NCBI GenBank assembly: GCA_025201805.1
Contig: MU619297.1
Coordinates: forward strand, 1-55,298
Origin: Parasitella parasitica NRRL 2501
Lineage: Eukaryota; Fungi; Mucoromycota
DNA length: 55,298 nt
Reading direction: 5' to 3'
Below are positions 1 to 12,540 of the stretch, piece by piece (position 1 is the first letter of the stretch; every line of letters begins with the position of its first letter). Below the pieces are notes generated by a model that was given only the letters and a program-made list of their open reading frames with translations, was not told the DNA's origin and ran no database searches. Position numbers and translations under genes: made by a program.

Positions 1-1126
1 CCTTTATATACTTAAACTGTGGATAAATGTTCTACTCTCGCAATTTAACATGAACGACAATACTGCGTAACTAGCATCTTAACTTTGTGCTAACCTACAT
101 ATCAGCAGACTCAAGATAACTTAAATCTATTTGAGTGAGGAGATAGACTTTACCCGAGGTAGTAACCTGATCAATCTTCTATGCGAAGATTATTAATATC
201 GATCCATAAGCGTATATCATTCCTTGAATAGTCTTATCCAGTCTACATTAATAGTACATGTCTGAGTGTATATCACTTGGTATTCATCTTATTAGCATAT
301 ATCGGTATATGTAGCATGTCTATAATAGCATGTCATAAGCATATCTATAGCATTGCACATATTGTACAAGTCTATAGTACATGATGTATCTGTAGCTAGT
401 ATCATGGATATAAGTATATGTCTTGTAGTGCGTATCTAGAAACTGGGAATACGCATCTGAAGCATAAATCTTATATAGCATAAGCTCGTAGCATACACTA
501 GATTTAGTAAATGTCTAAGGCTCGTGTCGAGATATAAGTATAAGTCTATAGCGTCATCCATCCTAATGATGTCATCTCTAGCTTACATCTTATATAGTAT
601 AAATCTGTATTGCACATCTTATTATCTGTGCGCATATGTAGTCTATATCAGTTTAAGGTAACTGGATGAATCTAGAAGTGGAATGCGGATCGTCATAGTG
701 AATGTATTTCACACACTAGATCTGTTAAAATTTTTTATTCATACATGTTGTCAACCACCAAAATTTCATTAATAAAAGCATATATCTCTTTCTTTTTTTC
801 AATATTTATTGATATTACCAATCTCATTAATGGTGAATTTTAGTTGGCGGACTTCCCACGACGATTCAGCAGCTATACTAAACGTTGAAAGGATTTCAAA
901 ATCGAGGTCTTTCCTGAAATACATTCTTCTATGAAAGAAATCTTAAAGTACTATGTTTATTATGCGTTTCCTTACTTGCAACATTACTGCTCATATAGAT
1001 TTGTGTGAAGTATGAAGGGAAACAAAAGTAGTTGTGATCTAACTTCTTCATTTTTATCGCAATTCAGTGTTATTTGATACGTTCATTAGTTCTAACTTAT
1101 TTTTTATCATAACAAAGCAATTATTC

Positions 1127-2708
1127 TCAGATATGTAAATCCCTGATCAAATTTCTGGTGTCGATATTATACGCAAAATCCATAATTAATATTTTTTGAT
1201 CTTGACTTGTACTGTATAAAAGTAAAGAGATTGGTAAGTCTTAGTTATAACTAGCTTGTCATTATATGTTGTACTTGCCTAATAATTTTGGTTTCATCAA
1301 ACATGACATCAAATACCCAACTAGTATGGCAGCGGGCAAATGTGTGTAGACATTCTCCAGTTTGAATATCCCACACGCGGATGCTTTGGTCGTAACTGCC
1401 ACTCACTATTTTATCCTTGTCAAAATGCAGCGATCTCACCAAACCAGTGTGTCCCTCGCAGGTTAAAATGCATTCTCCAGTGTCTGCATATAGAACGTTT
1501 TTAGTCGCAATGTTGCTAAAAGTGATACAATAATATTGAATTACCCGCATTCCACACTTTGATTCTATTGTCGTTGCTCCCACTCACTATACGCTTTCCA
1601 TCGAACCGAATGCATGCTAAACCATGGGCATGACCCACAAAATCACGCAAGCATTGTCCAGTCTCCATGTCCCATAATTTGATTACAGTATCTCCTGAGG
1701 CCGACACTAACCGATTGTTTTTAAATTGAATTGCATTGACTGGACCACGATGACCAATTAGTGTCTGTAGCGGTTGCCCATCCCGAGTCCATGTCCGAAT
1801 AGTAGCGTCTTTGGAGCAGCTAGCAATCGTACTTTCATCAAAGCAGACATCTAAAACACCCGAAGTGTGTCCCCTTAAACAGCGGATGGGCTGATACGTC
1901 TTCATAGACCACACCAATAGGGTGTGGTCAGAAGACCCTGATACCAAAATAGTATCATCATATTGTAAACAGAGCACAGAGGCGTGATGTCCTTTTAGTG
2001 TCTTGTAGCAATGCTGACTAGCAATATTCCAGAATTTTATGGTACGATCTCTGCTTCCTGTAACGATTTTACTGGTGTCGAATTGAACACAGTAAATGCT
2101 ATCAGAATGGCCCATAATAGTCTGCATCTGCTGCTGACCATGCTTCCATCTACCAAGCAATTGCGTTTTTCGTTCGTATAAGTACTTATAGTCGATTATG
2201 TCGCTGGTGGTAGTGGAAGAGGTGGTGGTGGTGGAGGAGGCATAGACCATGCCATGATGCTGCCGGTATAATTGAAACCACAGGTAATTATCTCTGCACA
2301 ATGCATTCCAGCGTTTAGATACTAACGTCGATTCGAAAACGGTCTTTTCGTCGCAATAAGACAAAATCAAATAAGCCAATTCTACAGGTAGCGCATCAAG
2401 GAAATCTGCTGGGTTGTGATTAATATTTATGCAAAATAAAAATGTGTTGAAAACCCTTGTCCCACAGTAATTAACACACCTATTTTCTTTGATTGATCTG
2501 ATGATACTGCCGAGAGATACGTTGTTGTTGTTACCAGTGATGGACAGGAAGCATTGTTGCTTTTTTGCTGATGAAATCCTTCATCGATTCTTGAGTCTTG
2601 TGTTATATTGTATGATTGCCGAATGGTGCGACTATGATGACTGGTCTTTTTAAAGTATCGTAACAATTTGGATTTAAGTGTATTATCTGTATCTAATGAA
2701 AACTTCAT
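1127..2708 (-). CDS. F-box/WD40-repeat SCF substrate receptor, beta-TrCP/FWD-1/Pof11-like (4 exons)
   Basis: Spliced model gives F-box 'DFLDALPVELAYLILSYCD...VSKRWNALCRDNYLW' followed by WD40 repeats (GHSDSIYCVQFD..KIVTGSRDRTIKFW, GHHASVLCLQYD, GHRGPVNAIQF, GHTGLVRSLHFD) and last exon STSQDQKILIMDF...LHI*. Last intron (1212-1278) has a GC donor. Confidence 0.9.
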
Positions 2709-3335
2709 TATGTCAATATATATTGTAAAGGGAAAAGAGAAAAGAGAAAGAGAGCAATAATTATATCGAGAAATAAAGAAATAATAAAAGAAAAAGTGCG
2801 TTTAAGGGGAACAGACAGGTGGAGGAAAACTTTTTTTTTTTTGTAGATATGCCCATATTTCAGCAATATTCTAATATCATACAATGAAATATAAATATAC
2901 AAAGGGAGCACCTAGAAATAAAATGTCTTTATCCAAGTATCCCCTTGATCAAAAAGTTCTTCTCCTTAAGCAATAAAATCTGATTTGATTGTATTGTGCG
3001 ATCATCGTCAACATGAATACCAAATATGTCCTAATCTTTAGTCAATTTAATAAAAAGGCAATCAGTGTATTGCGGCTGTATTTTTTTTTAAGGAAAAGGG
3101 TGAGTTATGATTATAGTTAAATAAAAAAAATAATATTATATATATTTGATGTGTCAATAAAGTGAATTATACTATTCTTGAAGGAAGGGTTTGAAATGAT
3201 ATAATATACAAGGCATTTTGTGTGTATTTTTTTTTTCAGTGGAAAAAAAAGGGGGGAGGGAGTGAGGGCGCCGAAAGGAGGATAGGGGAAGCAGATCCAA
3301 CAAAATAGTGTATGCTTTGAAATGCATTTATGGTT

Positions 3336-5357
3336 TTAGTCGGAATCAGAGCTTGAAGAGTCAGATGAGCTACCTCCATCATCATCGCCAGAATCACTGT
3401 CACTAGAAGACGAATCTATATGTAATTATAGAGTATGTCAATATCACATATTCTCACTCTCTAGTAAAAGACAAATTACCATGTGCACTTTTGTTCTCTG
3501 CTTGCCTGAACTTTTGTAGTGTTTCTTCTAGCTGCTCAATGCGTCTCTCCTTGGCAGAATAATTGGATCGACGTCTCTTGTTTTTGACGGAAGCTTCTGG
3601 TATCACAAAATCACTTAATTTACGTAATGTATCCTTGTTCAAAGCATCGATATCAAGCACAATTTCTCCTTGGCCATCCTAAAAATGCCATGTTAAGAAA
3701 AATTGTAAATAATACAGTCTACAAAATGTATCAACTGGACTCACTTCGCTGAGATGAGGCATTGAAGACTGGATGATATCAACTACTATATTCAAGTCAT
3801 CCCCAGTTAAATTATTGATTGCTTCACTCAGTGTTTTCTTGTGCTCAAACGTAAACTCTTCTTCGTAACTGAAATCGTCCTTGTGCTTTACTGCTGCTTT
3901 CCTCTTTTTTGTAGGATTTTTGTTTGGTCCACGGCCACGACGCTTTGGTGTCAGTGATGCTGTGGCTGTTGGGGCTGTTGGGGCTGTTGAGGCTGTTGAT
4001 TTCTTTGAAGATTTGATGTGTTTGATTTGCTTTGCAATGCTTTGGATCGAACGCTCTAATTCAGCAATTTTATCGTCGCTATTGTCATCTGAATCAGCCT
4101 TGTCATCGTCGAAATCATCTAGATCGTCATCAATATCGACAGAACGTCTCTTTAATGAGCCAGCTGATTGTGTTTGTGAAGGCTTCTTTTGAGCTACTCT
4201 TCGATGCTCTGCTGGTTTCTGTGCCCATTTATCTCTAAATACCTTTTCGAGGTCCTTGGCCATAGTATAAATAGGCAATGTGGGGGGATTGTAGAGATAA
4301 CAATTGTTGAACATGAGAGTTATGTCGCTTTCAAATGCTTCTGGATCATCGTATTCATCGTTTAATAACTTTTTTTCAATAGTTGACAAGTCCATGGGAT
4401 GATGGACAATCGCTGCGTAGTCTGGTAAGTTCATCGCAACTGGATCTACAGGCTCAAGGAATGGGTAAGCTAGTTGACGGTACTTGGCTTTTTTAAGTTC
4501 TTTTAATGCTTGAAGACAGAATTTCATGGGTGAGTTGTTACTAAGCTTTTTCTGTGTTGTAAATGTTTCTGGGTAATCTTTTGATGGGCAATGAATTTCT
4601 CGTTTAGGTCTGGTAAACTCTTCGAATGGTTTAGCTGGAGGCGGCGGGGAGTTGTGTTGGCTGAGAGGCGGAGATGGCTCTTTCTTTACAGGCGATGATG
4701 ACATGACTTTGGGTGTAGTTGCTTTAGGTGTGGCTGGGGAGCTTGAAGGAGGCATCTGTCGCAATCCTTTCTCAAAAGCAGATTCTACATTTTGACATAA
4801 AACAGAGACCATGGCTTCAGGACCATTGTACTTGAAGCAGTTGTGAAAGATTAATCTGACTTCTGCGATAAAATCATCGACTGTAGCGTACTCGGAGCCA
4901 GTTAGCTTTTTCTCGACCAACTGAAGGTCCATGGGCTGCGTAATAATTGTTGGATAATCTGGCAGATTGAGCTCTACATAGTTGACTGGTTTCAAAAAGG
5001 GAGCTGCATCCCTGTGTCTCTTAAGATTTCTAATAATGGCAATGCAGTATTTTTGTTGCTCTGCTGTCATTGTATGTTGATGAGTGGGTGGTGAAGGTAA
5101 AGTGTTTTGTTGTTGTTTACTAAAAAGATGTTAGAATACTGTTTGTGTCACTTTTGTCTTTATTTAGCAAGAACGCGTGTCCCTTCAACTCAGGAGGAAC
5201 ACATCCAACCCAGATGCCTCTCGCTAACAACATTGCTACGCGCCGTTCCCAGGGCTCAGAGCCATCCTTTTTTTTTTTTTTTTTTTTTGATCCCTTCCAT
5301 CTCCTTGCAAAAATGAAATGGAAAAAAATTAATATAATTACCTGGAGTAAACTTCAT
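3336..5357 (-). CDS. BDF1: BET-family double-bromodomain + ET-domain protein
   Basis: Two bromodomains (AAPFLKPVNYVELNLPDYPTII..PMDL; AYPFLEPVDPVAMNLPDYAAIVHHPMDL), ET domain (FTFEHKKTLSEAINNL...LDIDALNKDTLRKL) and Ser/Asp tail. First exon MKFTP at 5357 inferred from splice phase, so the start is less certain. Confidence 0.92.
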
Positions 5358-6081
5358 TCTTAGAGGCGAGCATATTGATGTCTGTTTTTTTCTATTGATT
5401 TAAGCTTTGAGGAGATGTAAATGTGTGAATTATCACATTCTTCTATCGTGAAAGAGAAAAAAAAAATTACCGTCAATTTTTCGGAAAATAGTTCAAGCAC
5501 ACAGTTAGAAGACACGAAGATTGGAGGATTGAAAAAAAAAAAAAAAATAGAGGAATGAAATGAAATGTGAAAAAAAAAGAATCATGCCGTTTATAAGCCA
5601 CGGAGGTGACTAGTTCAAACATAGAACGTCAAGCGATTGATTGGTTGGGTTTAACACCTCCAGTGTGCCCACTTGCATATGCTGTCAGTCAGTCGAATTT
5701 GTAGCTGACCGCTGCGGTAATCTTGTATGATGAATTATATGGGACAGCATGCCGTTTAATCGAAAGATACAAAGACTTTTACTACATAACTCATGCACGT
5801 ATGCATTATGTTTTACCTCTACATTCTTTGTGAAGATGGCGTTTACCAGAACATTATTCGAAAGTTTGCGTTTTGTTTAATGCCAGTCCAGCATTAAGTA
5901 CTCCTGCTTGATTACCGGCTTAGGCACAATATTCAGGTACGCATTGGTAAGCTACTGTTTGAAATTTATTATCATCTAATACGTCATGGATTTGACCCAA
6001 AGTAATTCAAAATGCTTCAGGAGGAGTATACCTCAAATATGTAAAAAAAAAAATAATGAGGAGAGCCATTAATTCTGAACC

Positions 6082-8936
6082 TCAGGTATGGGAATAGAGT
6101 TCCAATGGTTCATTAATGCATGAGTCCTATCAAAGTTTTTGTATTTCATTTCATCAGGAGTATGTACTGCTCTATTTGTGTATTGCCACACTGGGTGTCA
6201 TACAAAAGACATGCTTATTGCTGCTTCAGAACTAACTGCTGATGGATATTAATAGATCGACTATCAAATACGGGAGAATCGATAGTACTATCTGTAATAG
6301 GCGTTCTAGTGAATGAAAATTCAAAGTTCACAGTTGATGAGTAATGCTGTGGTAAAATTCTAATAGTGAAAGGGCATCTGTCGTCCCTATAGTTGACATT
6401 GAAACCTAAATACGATGATAACAAGGCTGGCCATCTTGAGAATTACTTTGAGTGTGCAATTCTTTAAAAAGGATAGAATGAGCTTTGGCGTTGAGATTAT
6501 TTACAATAGGTGTTTACCAGCAGTAAGAAGAAAAACATCTTTAAAGATAAACGACATATGTATACCTTTATGATCCAAATGTTCAGCCCACCTTGATACA
6601 ACACTCTCAGAGTATCCTTGCAGCTTTTCAAATTTTGGGAATGAATATACATTGTATTCATACACATTGCCTTTCGCATAACGTTGCGTTCGAAATCTAA
6701 TTACATAGTTTGTGTCAGAAAGCTGTATATAGCATCCTTCGCCTAACATTTGTTCCTTTTCGACCGCCCATGTTCCTAAACTTTTGCATGACATCAATTC
6801 TTTTTCTCCAAGGAAAAGTACAGTCTTTTTTCGATGAATTTGTAAGCGTTTTTGCAATACTTCTTTTAAAATGCTGCTGCTTTCATCGTCATATCCATTG
6901 ATCACAACTAATACCGACACATTATATTGACCAAAAAAACTGTTTGATGCGAAAGTTGATGCTATGATTGTAGCGAGGCCACCAATCGCAGGTTTAATTC
7001 CTACTTCTATAAGCAGCCGATTCGATATATCCAGTCTACATTCACAGCCATTACTGACTGATATTTGCTGATAATTGTCCAAATTTTTGCTGGTAAATAT
7101 ATCGCTATTTTGCAACTAAAAAGAAAGTTGACATAATGTGTACTAAGACTGGTTGTCTAATAGAACCTACCCATTTCGATAACCATTCCCTAGCATTGGC
7201 CTGAAAGCATTGATAGTTTTCTATCAAAAACTCACCCGAACAGCACTCTCGCAAACAAGCATGACTACAGTCTTCAAAATCGATCATTTCCAAATGGCTC
7301 CACACGTTTTTGCATACGGAATCAACAATAGTTTCTGTGCTTACTTTCTTTTTTTGAGCGGTAAATATGGATTTTTGTGCAACACCATTAATAAGAGACA
7401 CTGCTACGGCCTTATTCAGTATAAACTCAATACAAGTTTCGTGAATATAGGCTTGCAAATAAAATGAATTAGGAGGGATCAAATCTATCTCGTTGTCTTG
7501 ATCAAGCAAATTGTTCTTCTCCACAAGATTCTCGTCCCAAATCAATGGCGGTAATTTAGTATTTGCTATCTGAATTATTTTGTACGGCTTTTGCATAGCC
7601 CCTTCACATAGATACTCTTCACATCCGTCATAAACATATAAAGCTGGGCTACTTGTAGATATACCACAAGATAAAGCATTCTTGAAAAGTCCCATAAACT
7701 CTTCCTGAAGAACATTGCTGTTTATGGTATACAAAAATATACCTTGGATACCTCCAGGGGAGCCTCTTGATGAGTTGTATTTATCTTGTATTCTTTTGCA
7801 TGCATCCGTGAATCGTTGCAAAAGTCGATTGAGGTCTGCGCTTTTGAAGATTTCCTTTGTCAAATCATTCCAAGTCCATCCCTTGAACAGTTTTTTCACA
7901 GCCACAATATCCCAATCAACAGTTCCTGACTTGATAGTTTCCACCAAAAGGTCATTTGGGTACTATGGGGCAGCATAAATACATTTCATTTTGTTGGAAA
8001 TCTGTGAATCTATTATTATGGCCATAATAAACTTACAAGATAACCAGCACGAGATAGTTGAAAGACAAATGTTTCAATTATATTTTGCACGCCTAATTTC
8101 TTGTAGTGTTTTGTATTTCTCCTTGATCGAGAACAACTAGTGTTTTTTCTGTGGTATATTTTGCTTTTCAGTGCATAGATAATGCGTTTAATGACAATAT
8201 TTTTTGCCTCTGTGCGCAGAAAACTATCGAAGGTCGATTGGCACATCAATTCCTCATCCAACGTGGTGGGCACAAGAAGAAAATCACTCGCTGCCAAGCT
8301 CTGGGACGCTGTAATTAACTCGTTGGCGCTTTGCATCTGAAAGCATGTCACTTTGAGGGTATTTTCCCTTATGTAGGCAAGTACGTATCGCCTTTCTCTT
8401 TCAAAAATGACAGGCTCTTGCTGCCGATGTTGTAGATAGCCTACAAGACTTTCGGTATAAGTTGAGAATAGCAAACGGTTTTTGTCATCTTCTTTAGTTA
8501 TCCATCCAGCTTTCAGGTAAAATGCTCGTAGCGCAGTTTCATAATCTTTTCCAGTCCATTCGGGTGGTAAACAGAAGATAAATTGTGATCCGTCAAAATC
8601 AATTCTTCTGTCCTGTATCAGTTCTTGTTTCACTTTAATTGCAAACTTGATTGTTGAGAGCAGCGTTTGATTTTCGCATTTTGTACGTCGATTTGCATCT
8701 TTTAAATATATCTCGACACATTTGGTGAAAGGACTTTTTGCAAGAGAGTCTACATGTGTGCCCTTGGGCATCTGATAGCACATAGCACTATCACTCAGTG
8801 TGTGTGGCTCTTTAAATTAATGAAAATCTACACAAACCGTTACGTATTCCATTGCAATCAGCCTGTTGGAGGTTCGATAAATATGAAACCACCCATAATC
8901 ATCAAATTCTATTGACACAACAATTAGCCAGTTCAT
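6082..8936 (-). CDS. Degenerate HSPA12/Hsp70-like (actin-like ATPase fold) multi-exon protein; may be partly pseudogenic
   Basis: Collinear minus-strand ORFs 8016-8783, 7105-7947, 6501-7115, 6215-6424. 'MNWLIVVSIEFDDYG' resembles the HSPA12 VVxIDFG start; 'FIFCLPPEW...LRAFYLKAGWI..EDDKNRLLFSTYTESLV' resembles the TVPAIW...AGL...RL..EPEAA segment. Ends approximate. Confidence 0.45.
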
Positions 8937-10379
8937 TTCTACGTGATATCTTCATCTTACCTATGCAGAGCACTTGGCTATATTTGTTGCAATCAAGTAA
9001 TTCTTTCATAATGATTAAAAAGCAAAAGAAAAGCTGCAAAAAAGAAAGGGTTCTATAACCAAACGTCGCAAGATGAAGTCGCGAAGGTTGGGCTTAGTGA
9101 TTTATCTTTTGCATGAGCTGCAACGAATGAGCCACCATGATAGAGTGGCCCTACCAAAAAGGGGATTGTAGAAGCTGTGAATATACACTAAAACAAAAGG
9201 ATAAAATGAGATGGAGACAATAAGGCCCATTTCTAAAAGCAAACGTCCGTTGTTGCGATTTTGTTGGCTCAAAATATAAAAGTTGCTCCTCAATTGAAAT
9301 AAAGCTCGTTAATACTTGTCTCGCTGAAACAAGAATATCATTGTTACCAGTACATGACATTTTTGGTGTGGAAATTAAATAGAGAAGGGTCAATAGGGTT
9401 TAAATTTTAGACCTTTAATCAAAATAAAATAAAATGTAGCCATATTTCTGTGAAGCCTGCAACATGGTATAAGCTTCGATGCACATACGACGTGTTAGTA
9501 CAAATAAACTGAGGGTGCTGCGTATCTAAAACAGTTGGAATACATTTCCTATGATGCAGAATCCAACAATAAACAATTAGAAGATTGGTCAAATGATTTT
9601 TAGTTTTTCAGAAATATCGATGAAAAAGTGCTCGGAGATCGACAAACATTGAACATTAGGTCTTAGCTGTTGCGGGATAAAAATGCCTCAAAATGATGAG
9701 TTAGTCTAAGATGAAGGAATATATAATGATAGGAGGATGTTAAAATGTTGGAATGGGTTTTAAAGTTTTTAAAGAAGTAGCTCAAACTTTCGAAATTAAG
9801 TTGAATAAGCCAAAATTATAGCACTAGCTATTGTTCTGGCAAATAACGTAAGTATTATACAAAAACTAGCAGGACACACCTATCATCATTACTTGAAATG
9901 TTTAATTGTTCACATCGGTTACTGATTTCTTTGATGTTCACATGCTCCTCCTATCATTTAGAATCATTCTGGCATTTTCGATGTACAAATCCACATATTG
10001 GTCGAATCGCAAGGTTCACTGTTTGATTTTATTGTTTGGGTTCTGGTTTTAGTTTTGGTTTCTCTTGAGTGTTCCTAAGATTCAGGGACAATTGTGGTGT
10101 AGCAATGGGGATAAGGCCGATTATGATATCTCGAAATCGGCAAACAAAAATATGGTTCTACCGCATTACATATTTCCTCCACAAATCGCATGAAATTGCC
10201 AAAAAAAAAACATATAATACCAATACAGATAGTCTCTATTTATCTAAATTGTCGCACAGCAATGGACGTCATGTCCATTTATCAGGTATACGTTATATAT
10301 AGTCACTAGTAAGAAACCTGTCTGTATAAGCCTTGCCGACTCTATTTCTTCCGTTTCCTCTGTTGAAACAACCTTTACA

Positions 10380-11651
10380 ATGAAGCATACCACTCGTATT
10401 CCGCAAAAGAGAATACTTGAAAATCAGAAACCCGTTCGAATTGTGATACCGTTGGCACATAAAGATAAAAAATTAGCGTTAATTAGTCGAGATGAATCAA
10501 ACAATAACAACAAACAGTTCACAGGGCCGGAAATCATGCCAGGTAATATTCCTTTCTAATACATTCTTTGAAATCAATCTTATGCTAATACAAAGTGCTA
10601 TTATACTATGCTATTGTTACATGAAGGCGTCATCTTTCGCATCTTTCACTGCAGCGTATGTAATACAACGTTCAGAAGCAAATTAGATTATGATCATCAC
10701 ATTGATCGGCTTCATAAGAACAAACAGAAAGAGTTATCTTCGAAAAAAGATTCACGCCAAACTAAATCATCAATTATAACAAATGATCCTAGAAGCAACC
10801 ATGTTGCAAGAAAGAAATCAATGAATCCAGCAAAGATTTCATATCACGGCGGTTTGGCAGACATAGAAGACAGGCTCAATAAAAGCCGATTCAAACATAA
10901 TTTCACATCAAGCCGAAATATTAATAGCAGAAATTTGGGGAATCATTCATACAGTGGTATGAATTATCATACGACCACGACAATCATAATGTCATCAGCT
11001 AATAGGTTTAGCAAGGTGTGTCATAAGGAGAAGGGACATCGCCATAACACTCGCAAAAATACCTTTAAATCGGATACTATTCTTCCCCAACGCAATTGCA
11101 AAAAACGAAAAATCAACATGGCAACAGACACAGTAGAAATTGAATCTGATCAGCAGAAAATTAAATCACTCTTTGAAAGTTCGCAAGGGTCTTATCTTGA
11201 AACTAGGATTGAACCCATAAAAACAGCGACAGCGTCAAGTCCCCACCCTATTATCAATGATCCCGACTATTATTGCAGAGCTTGCCATGCCTCACATTCA
11301 AGCCAAGAAGCCTATCAACAACATTTGCAAATACAGCATCACATTCAGATCTTACCCTATCTAGTTGCATGTAACCACGTTTCTAAAAGAAACCCACAGA
11401 AAACTTCAACCGATACCCGTTTCAACAAACTATTTAAAATGACACCAATTCATATTAACCTTGGCACCACGCCTTCGCCGTTAGATCAGGAACGAATAAA
11501 AAATGTCAGTACACAACCTGATTTAGACAATCCCACTTATTACTGCAAATCTTGTCATATTACCAAACCAAATAGAAGATCCTATCTTACTCATCTAAGC
11601 ATGATACATAAAATGACCAAAAAGCGCAATAAAGCCTCAAATGCAAAATGA
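10380..11651 (+). CDS. C2H2 zinc-finger protein with three widely spaced fingers (2 exons)
   Basis: HCSVC...HIDRLH, DPDYYCRAC...HLQIQH, NPTYYCKSC...HLSMIH; exon 1 from ATG 10380 joins in frame across an intron ending at 10626. Confidence 0.8.
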
Positions 11652-11759
11652 AATTGTCATGCCTCTCTCCTCTCATTTAAGTGATTATGTAATGAAACAA
11701 TATAAATGAAACTAATATGCACAAACGGATAGCAAAAACTCCATTTGGAATCTTCTTGT

Positions 11760-12540
11760 ACAGCGACAGCGGTAAATTTTGTCCGTAACTTTCCAAAAAA
11801 AATTAATGTCACTAATCCAAAAATGATTGTTCCTTTACGTCCTTTTGAGTAACATTAAGTTAAATCAAATTGACTCAAAAATGATACCGTCTTTCACATA
11901 GGCAAAAGACGCAAAGGGCTTTATTTGCGTTTTTGAGATTCTCATATGAATCGAAGAGTTTCTTTCCATGTGGTTTTATAATGGAGCTTATGGATCTGTT
12001 GTTAAATCTTAATAGCATGTCACTTTCGATGATGTATCTATTCAAAATATAAGGTGCTTTTGCTGCGAAACAAAAACGTCGAAAATTGCAAGAGCAAGAA
12101 CATTTAGAATATGAACAGGATCATCAGAAAATTTAAAGACACTGTTACGTATGTCATTCTTTAGTTTTTCTTTTGTTTGTGATCTGGTCAGGCCATCACA
12201 AATGCTATAGTAGTTAAATTTGTTCGTTATTTTGCTAATGTAGTCAATCAAATTCAAGTAAGAAACACCTTCTATACGTGTCAAAAGAAGAGTTATGAAG
12301 TACAGTAGCAAGAAAATTAGAATACTCGATAATAATGATTTTAAAGCTTGCATATTAAAAATATTGGCTAGTAGTATAAGAATAGAAACTAAACTGCAGA
12401 TATGTATTGATAACGTCAATTCATTTAGCTATAAATTTATGCATTTTCCTTGAATTTAGTGATTGGATGTCTTCTTTTAGTAGCTACATATCCAATTTTT
12501 TCACAAGTATTAAATACCGTTCATGATACATAGAGACGAG
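11760..12540 (-). pseudogene. Decayed gene remnant of unknown family
   Basis: ORF 12042-12419 has coding-like text (YYSICDGLTRSQTKEKLKNDIRNSVFKFSDDP) but no clear start and is broken by stops; boundaries approximate. Confidence 0.3.

Noticed and set aside
9040-9180. U11 snRNA or RNase P RNA resemblance
   Set aside because: No Sm site and too short for RNase P/MRP RNA; the similarity is a few nucleotides.
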